Source of the DNA: Camelus dromedarius
Lineage: Eukaryota
DNA length: 64,000 nucleotides
Direction: 5' to 3'
Assembly: GCF_036321535.1 (NCBI RefSeq)
Contig: NC_087437.1
Location: 112,842,001 to 112,906,000, forward strand
In this document: one piece after another, positions 11,188 to 23,500 of the stretch
Layout: every line of letters begins with the position of its first letter
How positions within the stretch are numbered: position 1 is the stretch's first letter
Notes under the pieces: generated by a model
What the model saw: only the letters and a program-made list of their open reading frames with translations
Told to the model about the DNA's origin: nothing
Database searches by the model: none
Translations under genes and position numbers: made by a program

Positions 11188-12562
11188 GTGCAAAATATAC
11201 TTTCTATATTTTTAAGCCATCACAGCAAATTGTGGTAGCCAAGAATGAAATTGGTTTCTTTTTGAATTTGTTTAACTGTATGTCTGTTGCAGGGAAATTT
11301 CGAACCACAAAAGACAGGGATCACGCTAAGCCTTTGCTTTTGCTGATTGATACATGTATCTTGTCTTTTCACAGTTATGGGTCCTTATCTGCCCAAGAAC
11401 AGTAGTTCTAAGAAGTTGTTTCTGTGTGTCTTCTGGGAAGAATTTGTCCTTCAATATATGTGATTGCAACAGGTTGATAAAAGTAAAATAAAAACAATAA
11501 AACTATTTTGTTGAGTTTCTCATTTTTTTTCTGAAGCAAACAGTCTTTAAGTGATAAAAAAAAAAAGCAATTTAGTGAAACTTACTCTTCATGACCTTAC
11601 ATAACAGAATGGATATACACTTGTGTATGCATATGCTGATTCCCGTATACGGGGTTACCCAAATCTGAGTTGCCTGGTTCTCATAAAAAAAAAAAAAACT
11701 TTTTTGACTTGACACTATGCACAAATCTAGAATGATGTTTGTTGTTTAAAGGACACTGATATTAGATCAAGATCTCAAGGAGTCAAAAAGATCATTGATC
11801 ATTTTCAGATACATTTGGGTGGATCTGAATTGCTTGTTTTAGGAAAAATTTAGTTTTAGTTTCAAAAATTTTAGTTTTAAACTATTTGGTTAACTTAGCC
11901 AAAGTCTATCACATTTGAAGCAAGAAGAACAAATGACTACCCCTCCCCGCAAAGTAACAAATGGATCTTCAGCCAAATAGTCCTTAATTACTGCAAAACA
12001 ACTCTAGCTCTAAAATATCCCAAGCCATGTCATCTGAGGACCAGCCACATGAAGCCAATAAGACCAAATGAAGGCACCAACATTAAACTGAAGCCACAAC
12101 ATCTTTCTTATGAACAAAGGAATCTTTAGGCCATCAAGGAAGCTCTTTGCAGCTTGTCTAGTTAACCTAGAAATACCAGGGTGGTGCTCTGAGACATCCT
12201 AGTGAAGAAAGAAGAATGTTACTTTCTTCGCTGGGAGACCATGGAGAGTCTTGAAAGTGTGTAGCCAAAGTTTTGTTGGTTTTAGAGCACATACATTGAA
12301 TGATTTTGCTGGAGTTGTTGGGCTACGAGGTCATATAAAGTCCAGTTATGCTTCCCTAGACCCTTCTCTCAGGTCCTCTTACAACTTCTCTACTCGATCA
12401 TAGTGTTAGGGATCCACCTTGTTAAGCTTCCATGTTCCAATAAACACTAACTGTTATGATATAAAATGAGGAGGACAGATGCAAAATGATTTCAAAATCT
12501 GTGTGTGTGTGTTTCCTGTCCTCGATCAGGATGAGAATGAAAAAAAATCAGGTCTTAAGACA

Positions 12563-13030
12563 CTGCAGAGTTTAATCAGGAAACCAGAATCTACTCTAAG
12601 TATTTTAAATAGAGGCTATTTAATAGAGGGAATTGCTTAAGCAGCTGGTGAAAGTTCTGGGAAGCCAAACAAAGGGCAGTGAAGGAATCCAGAAGTCAGC
12701 AACAGCAGGAGGCCACCAGTCCCCTCGGCTGGGGGATCAGAGGAAGGAGGGACGTTAGTAGAGCTAGGAGATGGGTCACCCAGCACCCACGGTGGTCATA
12801 TGTAGTGGCGTTCAGAGCCTTGCTAGAGATGCAACAGCTACTGAGACGCCCCATGAGGCAAAGGGAGGAGAGAGATACCCTGGCTTCTCCCTTCTTCCCA
12901 CTCAGTCTTTGTCTAATGCTGTCCTTCAGCCAAACTCGCCAGCAAGCCTGGAGAACACAATCTGCAGGGGTTGGTTCCCGAATGATCAGCACGGTGGAAG
13001 GAGGAGGGGTGGATTTGACTGGCACATCAC
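12563..13030 (-). mobile_element. Old MaLR-type LTR (MLT1M/N/O-like)
   Basis: gtttaatcaggaaaccagaatctactctaagtattttaaatagagg...gggaattgctta...ataccctggcttctcccttcttccc...gccaaac. Confidence 0.55.
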
Positions 13031-13644
13031 CCCATTAGGAAGATGGCAGGACTGCCTCTTTGTTGTCAAACATGGAATTCACTGAACCATGGGAACTCTA
13101 GCCCATTGGCTTGACCACAGCAGTAGGGCAACTTTTCTTTTGTTTGCTTCAGTGCGATAAGCCATGATCATCAATACAGATAAGGCAAATGCACACCTTT
13201 ATCAGAAACCACTGTGCTTGGCCATCTACCCGTTGCGGCTGCCTGGGGCAGTGGTTCTGGTAAAGGTTCAAGTGGCATTAGAGGCCCTTTGAGAGCCACC
13301 AAGAAGAGGACCACACCTTCCAGAGATCCTCCTCTGGCCTGGGCTTGTGAAACTGGGATGGAAACTCTTTATTAAGCTATATTGGTTCTTCCCAAAGAAA
13401 AACATGCCTTTGAAGAGCTGTACCTACTTATACTATCTAGCTAATATATTGACCTAATATGGTCAAGAAAATACAGCAATTATTAGAACAACAATCCATC
13501 TATAAAGTGCATCCTTTATGGGAAAAACAATTCATGTTGAGAATTGTAAGCTTTCCATTTTCTATACTGATCCCCTCCTTCCCATGGGACCCATGTCGTG
13601 AAAGCCAGGCCTGGTTCTCTTTCTCCGGGGACCCCCTACCCTGT

Positions 13645-13800
13645 CTGCTTACACTTAGTTTCTGGTACTACGTGTTGTACTAGGCTCATCTTGTATGTTT
13701 GCTGCTCCAGTCCTGGAAACAGTCACTTCTCTAAAGAGCCCTGGATCCTTATTTGGAGAACAGTTTTAGAAACTAAGATCTGGGTGCTAGATGTGCTCAG
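13645..13800 (-). mobile_element. L1MC/MD-type 3'UTR fragment
   Basis: aggctcatcttgtat...ctccagtcctggaaacagtcacttctctaaagagccctgg...ttagaaactaagatctgggtgctag. Confidence 0.7.
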
Positions 13801-14109
13801 TTTGACCACTTTTAATCTATCTATCCATTTCCTAAACATACACCTTTCCCCAGTGCTAACTGTGGGCAAGACTCTGGAGCAGACAAGACAAATGAAGTGG
13901 AAATAATTCTATTACTCCATGGTCCCCGAGAAATGCTGCCCACGGGGTATGAATAGAGCTTCATGGTAATTGGAAGGTGGGAGGAGATTCCTAACTGGAG
14001 AGCTATGTCACAGATGACTTTGTTGCTGATTCTAGACTTTACCTCCCTCTTCTAGGGTCAATCTTAGTAGCTTGGTTCATATCTACCCTTCCACACTGAA
14101 AATCCATAA

Positions 14110-14340
14110 TACCAGCTTGACCTGAGTTTGAATTTTGGCTCTGCCACTCACTAGCTATGTGACCCGGAGCCAGTGTCTTAACTGCACTGCACCTCGGTTT
14201 CATCTGTAAATTGGGGATAGTGATGCCAATAGGACCCACCTTTAGAGGCCTTGGGGAGATTAAGCAGAAGGCATGTGGAATGCTTGGCATCGTGTCTGGC
14301 ACAGTCAGGCATAACAGATGCTGGCAAGCAGAGCAGCAAT
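14110..14340 (+). mobile_element. MIR SINE
   Basis: gacctgagtttgaattttggctctgccactcactagctatgtgacc...cctcggtttcatctgtaaattggggata. Confidence 0.85.
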
Positions 14341-14949
14341 GATAGCTGGTGCCCCTCGTGGGGCAACACTATCTTGAGTATCAGCTGATATTTAAGACGG
14401 AGATGCAGAAAAGGCTATAATTCATACAGGTTGTAAAGGCAGAGCCAAAGAAGTGGCTGTGGAACGGGCTGACTCCTGGTGTCACAGTCTGGTCTGTCCT
14501 GCAGATGAGGTTGTTTTTGAGAAGTAAACCATAAACGATGGAGGGCTTGGGGTCACTTGGCATTTGGTGGCTCAGCACAAACTCTAGCACCAGGAGGTGA
14601 GGCATCTGCTGCCAAAAAGTCTCCGTGATTCAAGCTTATCAAAATGCATTAGCAGAGCCTCCAGTGTCAACATATGCTTGATGTTCCAGAAGGGATCTTT
14701 GTGCTAGGGTTTCCACCCCAGAGCTTCTCCCCCAGATGGTGGTGATGAGCCTAACAAATGGTTTCTTGTTCTGGAAGGAAAACAAGATCTAAACTAAGCT
14801 GCTTCAGAGATGCTTGAGACCTTTTAGAAGCAGGTGAAGAATAGATGTCATGAACTTTCTCTTGGGTTAGGTAGATCCCAAAAGCATTAAAATATGGAAG
14901 TTGTGGCTGTCCCATTTAGTGTTTTTCTCTCACTTAATAAGCTTCTAGA

Positions 14950-15080
14950 GCAGTGATGCTCAAGGTGTGGCTCTTGGACCTGCAGGACCAGCAGCAGCAT
15001 CTAGGAACTTGTTAGAAACACAAATTCTTGGGTCCCATCCCAGACCTACTGACTCAGAAACTCCAGAGGAGAGCCCTGCC
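14950..15080 (+). mobile_element. MER5A hAT element
   Basis: cagtgatgctcaaggtgtgg...gaacttgttagaaacacaaattcttgggtcccatcccagacctactgactcagaaactc. Confidence 0.8.
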
Positions 15081-15114
15081 TCCTTCCCCTAACACATAGC
15101 TTTTTTTAGAGTTG

Positions 15115-15700
15115 CAATCCAGCACCCCCACCCCTTGATATTTACCCAAAGGAGTTGAAAATTTACATCCACAGAAAAACCTGTACATGCATGTTTATTG
15201 TAGCTGTATTCATAACTGGCAAAAAGTGGAAGCAACCAAGATGTCCTTCAGGAGGTGAACACATAATGTGGTACATCCAGAAAATAGAGTATTATTCAGC
15301 AATAAAAAGAAATGAACTACCAAACCATGAAAAGACATAGAGGAAACTTAAATGTGTATCACTAAGTGAAAGAAGTCAATCTGAAAAGGCTATGTGATTT
15401 CAATGGTATGACATTCTGAAAAAGGCGAAATGATGGAGGCAGTAAAAAGGTCACAGGTGTTCAGGGGCTGAGGGAAGGGAGGGCTTAAAAGGTGGAGCAC
15501 AGAGGATTTTTAGGGCAGTGAACCTACTCTGTATGATACTCTAAGGGTCTAATGTATTGTCATTATACATTAATCCAAATCCATAGAATGTACACACAAA
15601 GAATGAGCCCTAATCTAAACTATGGAATTCAGTTAATAATGATATACCAGTATTAGCTCATCAGTTGTAATAAATGGACCACATGAATGCAAGATGTCAT
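15115..15700 (+). mobile_element. L1MB-type ORF2 end and 3'UTR
   Basis: ORF 15155-15340 (CTCMFIVAVFITGKKWKQPRCPS...EYYSAIKRNE) is the L1 ORF2 C-terminus, followed by an L1MB-type 3'UTR. Confidence 0.85.
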
Positions 15701-15709
15701 GAATGCAAG

Positions 15710-16135
15710 GGCCCTGTGGCAGTTCCAGCCGATGAGATGTGAGCAGATGTTGTGGAGTGAGGCTTCTAGGAAAACTCTTCAAAAGAGGACAGAAAAAAAA
15801 AGTAGAGTGGGGAGAATAAATTGACATGCATCGTTTGTCCTCTGTTCTTCCCTTTCTTCTGCCTGGAATGCTGATGCAATGCTGGAGGTAGAGTTGCCAT
15901 CTTGTAGCCATGAGGTGACTGTGAATGCAAAGGCTGCAAACTAAGGATAGGGATGCAGAAAGCTAGAAGAAATGTCACTTCTAGAGGGTGTTGTGCAGCT
16001 ACCCTACCAGTCCTGAACTACTTACCACTGAACTTTTTTACATGAAAAACAACAACAGAAAAACCCGCTAATTTGTTTAAGTTGATATTTTTGGAGTTTC
16101 TGTTACTTGCAGTCAAATCCAATGTGTAACTGAAT
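15710..16135 (+). mobile_element. MLT1J-like MaLR LTR
   Basis: cttctgcctggaatgctgatgcaatgctggagg...gccatcttgtagccatgagg...tttctgttacttgcagtcaaa. Confidence 0.75.
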
Positions 16136-16154
16136 GAGAGGTATATTCAGTCTA

Positions 16155-16360
16155 CACTAGTGGTTGTGGGTACAGACTTTGAGGTCTGACAGATCTAGTG
16201 ATATATTTTGCTCTGTGCTTCTGAAGATACTCAGCTTTGGATACTTCATCTGTAAAATGGACTCAATAACAGTTCTGACCACTGTATTGTTTTCAGGATT
16301 ATCTGAAAGAATAAGTAAGTGCTATTATCACAGTGCCTTGCACGTATTAAAAACTGAATG
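16155..16360 (+). mobile_element. MIR SINE
   Basis: tagtggttgtgggtacagactttgagg...cttcatctgtaaaatgg. Confidence 0.7.
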
Positions 16361-16959
16361 GATGGTAGCCCAAGACTGGAGTACCCTCCCACTATAGATA
16401 TAGGGTGCATTGTCAGATGCAAGAACTTAAAAAAAATAAAGCAGGATCAGGCTGCAATGTGTCTTGGACACTCTGAATATGGTAAAATTCCTGGATTTCA
16501 TTGTCATATGCTAAATCAAAGTCACCTAATGCCAAGTGGATCTTCCCAGGCCTGACCCCAGACTGTTACTCACTCTCTCAACCTCTTCTAGAGCTTGATG
16601 CTTACAGATCACTCTAGGGAAATGACCCACAGCCAACACACAGCTGCTTACAGAGCTAGACAGTTATGGAGAGATATTGCACTGTGGTTCATACCCCCAG
16701 GCCATCCTCTTGGACTCAGCTGATTACACCAGACGTTGACATCTAACCTGAAGGAGCACACTCTGAAGGCTGCCAGAGGCCTAGAAAGGGTCCTAGTGGG
16801 AAAGTTCTTCCCACGAAGGGGCAATAGTTAGAGAAAAACACAACTCTGCTGGCTGGTCACTCCTCATGAGTGACCCCAGCACTGCCCAGCAAGCTGGTTC
16901 CATGTCACTGATCCATGCACTCTCCTAGCCTCTGAGATGGCTGTTTTGAATATTTTTAT

Positions 16960-18820
16960 CCCCCCTTCAGAACTTCTTCCTCTGCTCATTCTCATCTGAT
17001 TTTAGTGGAAAAAAAAAAAGAAGCAATTGAAAGAGAACTGTTTTATTCTCCCAGAATGACATCTGTGCCCTTTGCACTGTCTTCCCTCCGATTACCTGGG
17101 ATGAACTATACCTGCCCCTTGCAAAGGTAAGCCCTCACCTGGGCTCTGGGGCCTGTGTCCTCTTGCCTCTCTAGAATATCACTCTGGAACACCACTCTTT
17201 TCTCTCTCCTGTGTCATGATGTCCACCTGTTCCTCTCTTCTGGATCATGCTCTGTACAAATGTGCTTGAAGGTTCTTATCTTGAAACAATAACTACAACA
17301 AAATCTTCCCTGAGCCTAACCTCTCTACCCTCCACCTCACTCCTGTGCTTCCCATTTCTGCTCTGGCCTCATTGTTTCCACTTTCTTGCCTCCTGTCCCT
17401 CTTGAATTCACTCCAGTCAGGCTTCTGTCTCCACTGTTCTATGGAAACTGCTCTTGTCATGCAGTGGTTTCTTCCTTGTCAAAGCCAAGGGCCAATTCTC
17501 AGTCCTCAGCTTACTTAAACTTTTAGCAGCATCTCACAGAAATGCTTACTCTTTTTTTGGAAAACATGCCTTCACTTGCCCTCTTCAGTGTGGGAAATAG
17601 ACAATAACAAGTGCCTTTATGATATGATCTGAGCTCCATTAGGGCAAAGAGTTTATTTCATTTACAGCAATATCAACATAATTAAAGCTATTTATGACAA
17701 ACCCACAGCCAGCATAATACTCAATGGTGAAAAGTTGAAAGCCGTCCTGCTAAAATCTGGAACAAGACAAGAATGCCCACTGTCACCACTTCTATTCAAC
17801 ATAGTATTGAAGTCCTTGCCATAGCAATCAGACAAGGAAAAGTAAAGAAAGGGATCCAACTTGGAAAAAAAGAGGTAAAATTGTCACTACATGTCCATGA
17901 TGTAATACTATAGATATAGAAAACCCTAAAGGCTCCACAAAAAAAACTACTAGAGCTGATAAAAGAATTTGGCAAGGTAGCAGGATACAAGATTAACATA
18001 CAGATATCAGTTGAATTTCTTTACACTAACAATGAAATGTCAGAAAAGGAAAGTAAAGAAACAATCCCTTTCAAAATCACATCCAAAAAAAAAAAAACAA
18101 AACACTTAAGAATGAACCTGATCAAGGAGGTGAAACACGTATACACGGAGAACTACAAAACATTGATTAAGGAAATTAAAAATGGCTTAAAAGAAATGAT
18201 AAGATACCCAATGGTCTTGGACTGGATGAATTAATATTGTTAAAATGGCCATACTGCCCAAGGAAATCTAGATTTAATGTGATCCCCATCAAATTACCCA
18301 GGACATTTTTCACAGAACTAGAACAAATAATCCTAGATTTAATATGGAATCACAAAGCACCCAGAATTGCCAAAGCAATACTGAAGTAAAAAAAAAAAAA
18401 AAAAGCTGGAGAAATAACCCTCCCAGTCTCCAGACAACACTACAGAACTACAGTAATCAAAACAGCATGGTATCCACAAAAACAGACATGTGGCTCAATG
18501 GAACAGAATAGAGTGCCCAGAAATAAACCCACAGACTTACGGTCAATTAATCTTTGTCAAAGGAGGCAAGAATATACAATGGAGAAAGGACAGTCTCTTC
18601 AGCAAGTGGTGTTGGGAAAGCTGGACAGCAGCTTGTAAATCAGTGAAGTTAGAACACTCCCTCACACCATACACAAAAATAAACTCAAAATGGCTTAAAG
18701 ACTTAAATGTAAGAAAAGACAAGATAAACTCCCTAGAAGAAAACATAGGCAAATCATATCCAGCAATGTCCTCAGCACCCGGGATGTGCCCGTCCTGTGT
18801 ATCTGTCTGTTGAATGGATG
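16960..18820 (+). mobile_element. L2 (ORF2 region plus 3' tail) interrupted by L1
   Basis: cactccagtcaggcttctgtctccactgttctatggaaactgctcttgtc is the L2 RT region. The tail resumes after the L1 as ctcagcaccc...tgttgaatggatga. Confidence 0.75.
17675..18760 (+). mobile_element. Internal L1 ORF2 fragment lacking 3'UTR and poly-A
   Basis: ORF2 RT/C-terminal peptides ([20 protein letters not shown]...KWLKDLNV). Flanked by cagcaatatc 17665-17674 / cagcaatgtc 18761-18770. Confidence 0.9.
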
Positions 18821-18829
18821 AGTCTAGAT

Positions 18830-19045
18830 GTAGCAAAGGACAGCTCACAGACAAAATCTGGCCCGTTGTCTGTTTTTGTAAACAAAGTTTTGTTGTAACC
18901 AATATGCTCATTCGTTTACAGATTGCTACGGCGGCTTTCACACATTAGCATGGTTGAATAGTTTTGTGACAGAGACCAGATGCCCCACAAAGCCAAAAAT
19001 ATTTACTATCTGGCCTTTTATAGAAAAAAGTCTGTGGACCACTGA
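18830..19045 (+). mobile_element. MER58A hAT-Charlie element
   Basis: caaaatctggcccgttgtctgtttttgtaaacaaagtttt...aaaatatttactatctggccttttatagaaaaaag. Confidence 0.85.
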
Positions 19046-19279
19046 TTTAGATCATTATTTCCATTTCCACCACGTGTTGTGTGTGTAAGACCCTGACCAC
19101 AGGTGACTGAAGAGAGAAAGTCCACGTGGAGAGATCACAGCAACCTCTCTCACCCACGAGCCTCATCAGGGTTTGTCTGTGGCCATGGGCTGAGAAGGAC
19201 TCTCCGCGGTGGATAATTAACTGGTGATGAGAGAAGAGGAGATGGAAGCTGAAGAAAAAGGAATATTAACCTTATTAAT

Positions 19280-19690
19280 AAGAAAACGTTCCCTGAGCAA
19301 TCATTGTATAGCATGCCCTTTGCGTATTTTATTTCACTTCATCCTGATCTAATCCTGTTGTGAGGCAGGCATGCTGTCTCTATTCTCCAGACAAGGAAAT
19401 TGAAGCCCTTGCAGGCTGTGTTTTGCAAAAGATCGGAGCTCTGAAGTATCAGAGAGAGGATGTAAATGCTGGTACATGAGACTGACCCTGGTCCAGGGAG
19501 CAGGAAGGACAGATAACTGCAAACACACTGAGGGCTTCTGATGATGTTCAGGTGATGTTCTTAGTCCAGCTCATCAACCTCAGGAAACTAAGGCATGGGG
19601 AGTGACTGACTCACCCAAGGTCACTGGGCCCTGGTCAAGGGCAGGACCAGGACTTGACCTGGTAGTTTGGCTTAGTCTCTGTTTCCTTCC
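19280..19690 (-). mobile_element. Two MIR fragments
   Basis: ctcctattctccagacaaggaaattgaagc and aggaaactaaggcatgg...tgactcacccaaggtcac. Confidence 0.65.
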
Positions 19691-20395
19691 ACTTTACATA
19701 ACATATAATATAGGTCCTCAAGGAACAGTCATTGAGCTAATGGGTCTGAATTGGAATTTCCTGAATCCCAGCCCGGCACCTCTGCCACCATCCCACAGTG
19801 GCCACCTTTTAAGGTGCAAAGGGCTGTGCAACATTTTGCTTACAGTGAACTGGAGGCCATCGAACTTGCTTCTGCAGAAATTACTAGAACGTTTCAGGAT
19901 TTACTCATCTCCTATCTACATTTTTATCTCTCCTGGGGCACTGCCCACTCCCTTGGGGAAACTATAATTTCAATAACTGATGATAACATCTTTAGACGTG
20001 AATTGTTTGCAGAAATGTATGTCAGGAGAGAACTAAGTCTTCTAGTTTTGAGGAGGCTTCTCACAAAAGTCATTGAAGCAGATTTCTTACTCATTCCTGC
20101 TGATAGGTCTGAATCGTGCAACAAAATATATCCTCCAGCTGACTGCTGGTGCACACCATGGCTCTCCAGTGGGAGGTGAATTTTTTTTCCTCATGTGAAA
20201 GTTACTTAACCTAAAAAAATGGGGTTTGACATAGTTATCTTCCGAAATCAGATGAAACCATTATAAATTTTATGCACACTTGGCCATCCTTCAAAACTAG
20301 GACAGGGCTATTCAGGAAAGGAGGCATTCTGTGTTCATTAAGGCACGTTTTCAATTTTCTGCTGGCAGGGAAAGAAAAAGTGACATCCTTTGCTC

Positions 20396-20781
20396 TGTCT
20401 TAGTCATTTCGAGCTCCCATAAAAGAGTCCCATGGATGGGGTGGCTTAAACAACAAACATTTATTATCAGTCTGGAGGCTGGGAAGTCCAAGGTTAAGGT
20501 GCTGGCCAATGTGGGTCCTGGTGAGAGTTTTCTTCTGCACTTGCACGTGACCACCTTCTCATGTGCTATGTTCTCACATGGCCTTTCCTCGGTGCATGCA
20601 TTTGGGGCAAGAGAGCTCTCTATCTTCTTAAGGGCCGCCAATCCTATCAGGTTAGGACCCCACCTTTATGACCCTATGTAAATTTCATTAGCTTCTAAAA
20701 GCTCTGAATCCAAATACAGTCACATTAGGGGTTAGGACCTCGACATACGAGTTTTGGGAGGACAAAATTCAGTCTATAGCA
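20396..20781 (-). mobile_element. MLT1A-like MaLR solo LTR
   Basis: tgtcttagtc...gtggcttaaacaacaaacattta...tctggaggctgggaagtccaag...aaattcagtctatagca, with TG...CA termini. Confidence 0.9.
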
Positions 20782-21029
20782 CTCTCTTTCCAACCCTGAG
20801 AACCTTGCCACATGACTTGACATGATGAAAATTTGCTAGCTGATTTTGCGAGTATGGTTCAGTCTGGTTTTGCATCCATGCTTAACATGCTTCCATATGG
20901 GAAGTTCTCCAGCTATTTGGTTTAGCTTTGAGTCCTGGCACACATGGGGGATAATCCTGTTGAGCAGTGATTAATTATTTTTCTGACTATTCCATCTGGT
21001 AATAATAATGGTGGTTGCTTTTTAACAAT

Positions 21030-21265
21030 TACTGGAAAGGTACCAGGTGCCAACGTAAGCATTTAGTGTCTCTAAGCATTTGTCTTATCTTTTAATCTTC
21101 TTGACAACCCACGATGGATGAGGCTGTATTATTTTTACTTCCGTTTTATAGGTGAGGAAACTCGGGTGAGAAAAGCTCAGTAGCTTGCTTAAGAGCTCCA
21201 ACAAGGAAATGACTCAGTCTAGATTTGAACCAAGCACAACCTCCAAGCATTTTCTTAACCACACT
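21030..21265 (-). mobile_element. MIR SINE
   Basis: ccgttttataggtgaggaaactcggg...agcttgcttaag...gatttgaacc. Confidence 0.75.
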
Positions 21266-21455
21266 TCATGTTTCCCAGTTGGCCAGGAAGCTTATACTTC
21301 CATAGACTTCAGTTCACAATCACCAGGAATGATGGTTCAGCACAACCCTTTAGACTAATGTCTAGCTGAGAAGGAAGCTAATTTCATTTTGGTCTAGTTC
21401 TTGCTTTCATTCAGACTTATTTATTTTTGTTAGTCATAATTGACGCAAGGAAACA

Positions 21456-21561
21456 TTTTTCTTTTTTTTTCTAATTAACTTTTTAAATAGAGATATTGGA
21501 GATTGAATCCAGGACCTCATGCATGCCTAACATGCACTCTACCACTGAGTTATGACCTCCC
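21456..21561 (-). mobile_element. tRNA-Ala-derived SINE (camelid Vic-1-like)
   Basis: The reverse complement gggaggtcataactcagtggtagagtgcatgttaggcatgcatgaggtcctggattcaatctcc plus an A-rich tail carries Pol III A and B boxes. Homologous to 37852-37945. Confidence 0.85.
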
Positions 21562-22039
21562 AAAAGGGACACCTTTCTGAAAAGCTGTTCATAAAAGCAT
21601 TTTGCTTTTTATTATATGTTCTGAAGTTTCTGGAAAAGGACACTTCTGAAAAGAAGCAGTAGAGGATCATAATGGTGCCATTTCTCATTCTGTAATTTAT
21701 TTTGATGGCTGTCTTCTCTCATCTATGCAGAGTGCATCCTAAGACAGTTTTATGGCTTCTTTTTTAAAATGAAAATTTCCCTCACTTTTCAGAAATGCAA
21801 AGGAAAAGCTATCACAGAAAATGTTTTTCTTTTCTCTCTCAGTTCTGTGTTGCGAGTAATATGTTTTTGTCATGATTAAAGTCATTTTTTTCAAAAGAGT
21901 CCAGCTGTTTGAACGATTTGAGCTGGAAGCGGGGACAGGAATTGAAGGATTGCTTCTTCTTTCTTGAAAGCTAACGGGGGCAGAATATGGGCCACACAAA
22001 CCTCAGAGAGGAACAGTGATGGAGGTGAAAACGTAGGAT

Positions 22040-22200
22040 CCCACATTATCCCTAGTTACTAGAAACAGGGAGCTTATCTCTTTTCTCCCCTAAATGTTTA
22101 CATTCACAGGAGAAATTTCCCAGTTCCCTGAGAAAACAAATTTTTTTTTTCTCTGAGAAAGATAAGGGCGATTATTATTTGCAGTGTCTATTCAACTGCA
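22040..22200. promoter_or_regulatory. Candidate enhancer core (GATA/FOX/NF-kB-like)
   Basis: CTTATCT 22073-22079, TGTTTAC 22095-22101, GAAATTTCCC 22112-22121 and AGATAAG 22160-22166, within an apparently repeat-free block of ~1.5 kb. Confidence 0.35.
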
Positions 22201-23304
22201 AAGAAATATTGCTGGTAGAAATAAGCCCTTCAGTGACAAAGCAACCACTTCAAAGCATCCAGGCTTACTTTGTTGTCTGTGCCGCTCGTCCTGGAAACTG
22301 TTCATCAAAGAGTTAAGTCTCTCCTGCTGCCCACCCGCCTGGAGGACGGGAGGCTGGAAGGAAACCATCAGGACAAAATCATGTGGCAACCACGACAACC
22401 CTTTGGCTTGTTTAGAGGTGCTTATGCAGAAAGAAACATGAGGAGACAAAAGGAGACGAGTATGTGAACTTCTAACCCTCTTCCCCACATGCCATTGGGT
22501 TGGTGGGTGGCAGGAGGCAGCGTTCAAGTTCCCCGAAGTGGGCGTTTTTATGGGGCAAGTGACAAAGAACCAAAGAGAGTGAGGACTTATGAGCTGCAAG
22601 TGGAAAACTACCAAGAACTGTTCAGCCCTGCCTGCAACTGAAGTCACTTCACCGAAGTGAGGGAGGCTTGGGTTCACTTCCCTACTCTGGAATCCTTTGA
22701 GACTGCTCTAGCGGGGCCAGCCCCTCTCATGTAGCAGAGATTTTGCTAAACAGTGAGTTTTCATGCCCAGCCCCCTTCTCAGTTCCTCTTGGCCAAACAG
22801 AGTGACACTTTGTCAGCTGGGGGCGGAGTGGGGAGGCAGGGGATAGAGGCTATTAATTATTGCTAAATGACTCCCGCCTACAATTCTGGCTGCAGCTTTT
22901 ACAAACCTCACATGCTTTAACAAACACGTCGCAAAGGCAACATCGGCTCAAAAGTGCCAGAGATGAGGGTACTTCAGTTGATCCCCGCTCTGTGGTTGTC
23001 TGAATGAATCTGCTAAAAGTGTACTTGGAGAAGGGCAGGAAACATTCGGACAAATAGTGTGAAAACAAAGGCAAGCCGTGCAGTGTCTACATGGAGGAAT
23101 TCCAGAAGGCTTCCCTTGGGGTTTACATGTTGGTTTTAGCATCTAGTGAGAGCCTTCTGGGGAGATGGGAAGATAGGAACGAAGGGAAAAGCAGAGGTCT
23201 TTGTGTGGTAAAAAATTGAATATACATTGGCTGAGAATGGTGAATGCATTTGACTTGTTGGCTTGTGTTTTTACAGAGTGTGATTCAGGAAGGCAGTGGG
23301 ATTT

Positions 23305-23500
23305 TTCTGGAAAGCACATTGGTTCTGGAGACGTGAGAGGTGGATTTGAGCTGGAATTTCCTCTTATTGTGACACCCTGGACGAGAAACTTAACCTTTCT
23401 GAGAGTCTGTTAAAAGGGGACAAGTTTACCTGCCCATCTCACATGAGGCAGAGGGTGGGAGAGTGCCTTGTAAAACAGCATGACCATAAATACCGTATAA
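23305..23500 (+). mobile_element. MIR SINE
   Basis: gaaagcacattggttctggag...gaaacttaacctttctgag...ctgttaaaagggga. Confidence 0.65.

Noticed and set aside
15682..15709. Direct repeat catgaatgcaag x2 as the L1 TSD
   Set aside because: Both copies are on the same side of the element, so it is a small local duplication at the L1/LTR junction.
22128..22158. Hairpin followed by a T-run as a terminator
   Set aside because: It is a low-complexity A/T stem, and intrinsic terminators are not relevant in this genome.
22192..22677. 161-aa minus-strand ORF
   Set aside because: It starts at GTG and has no recognisable homology or supporting splice structure.
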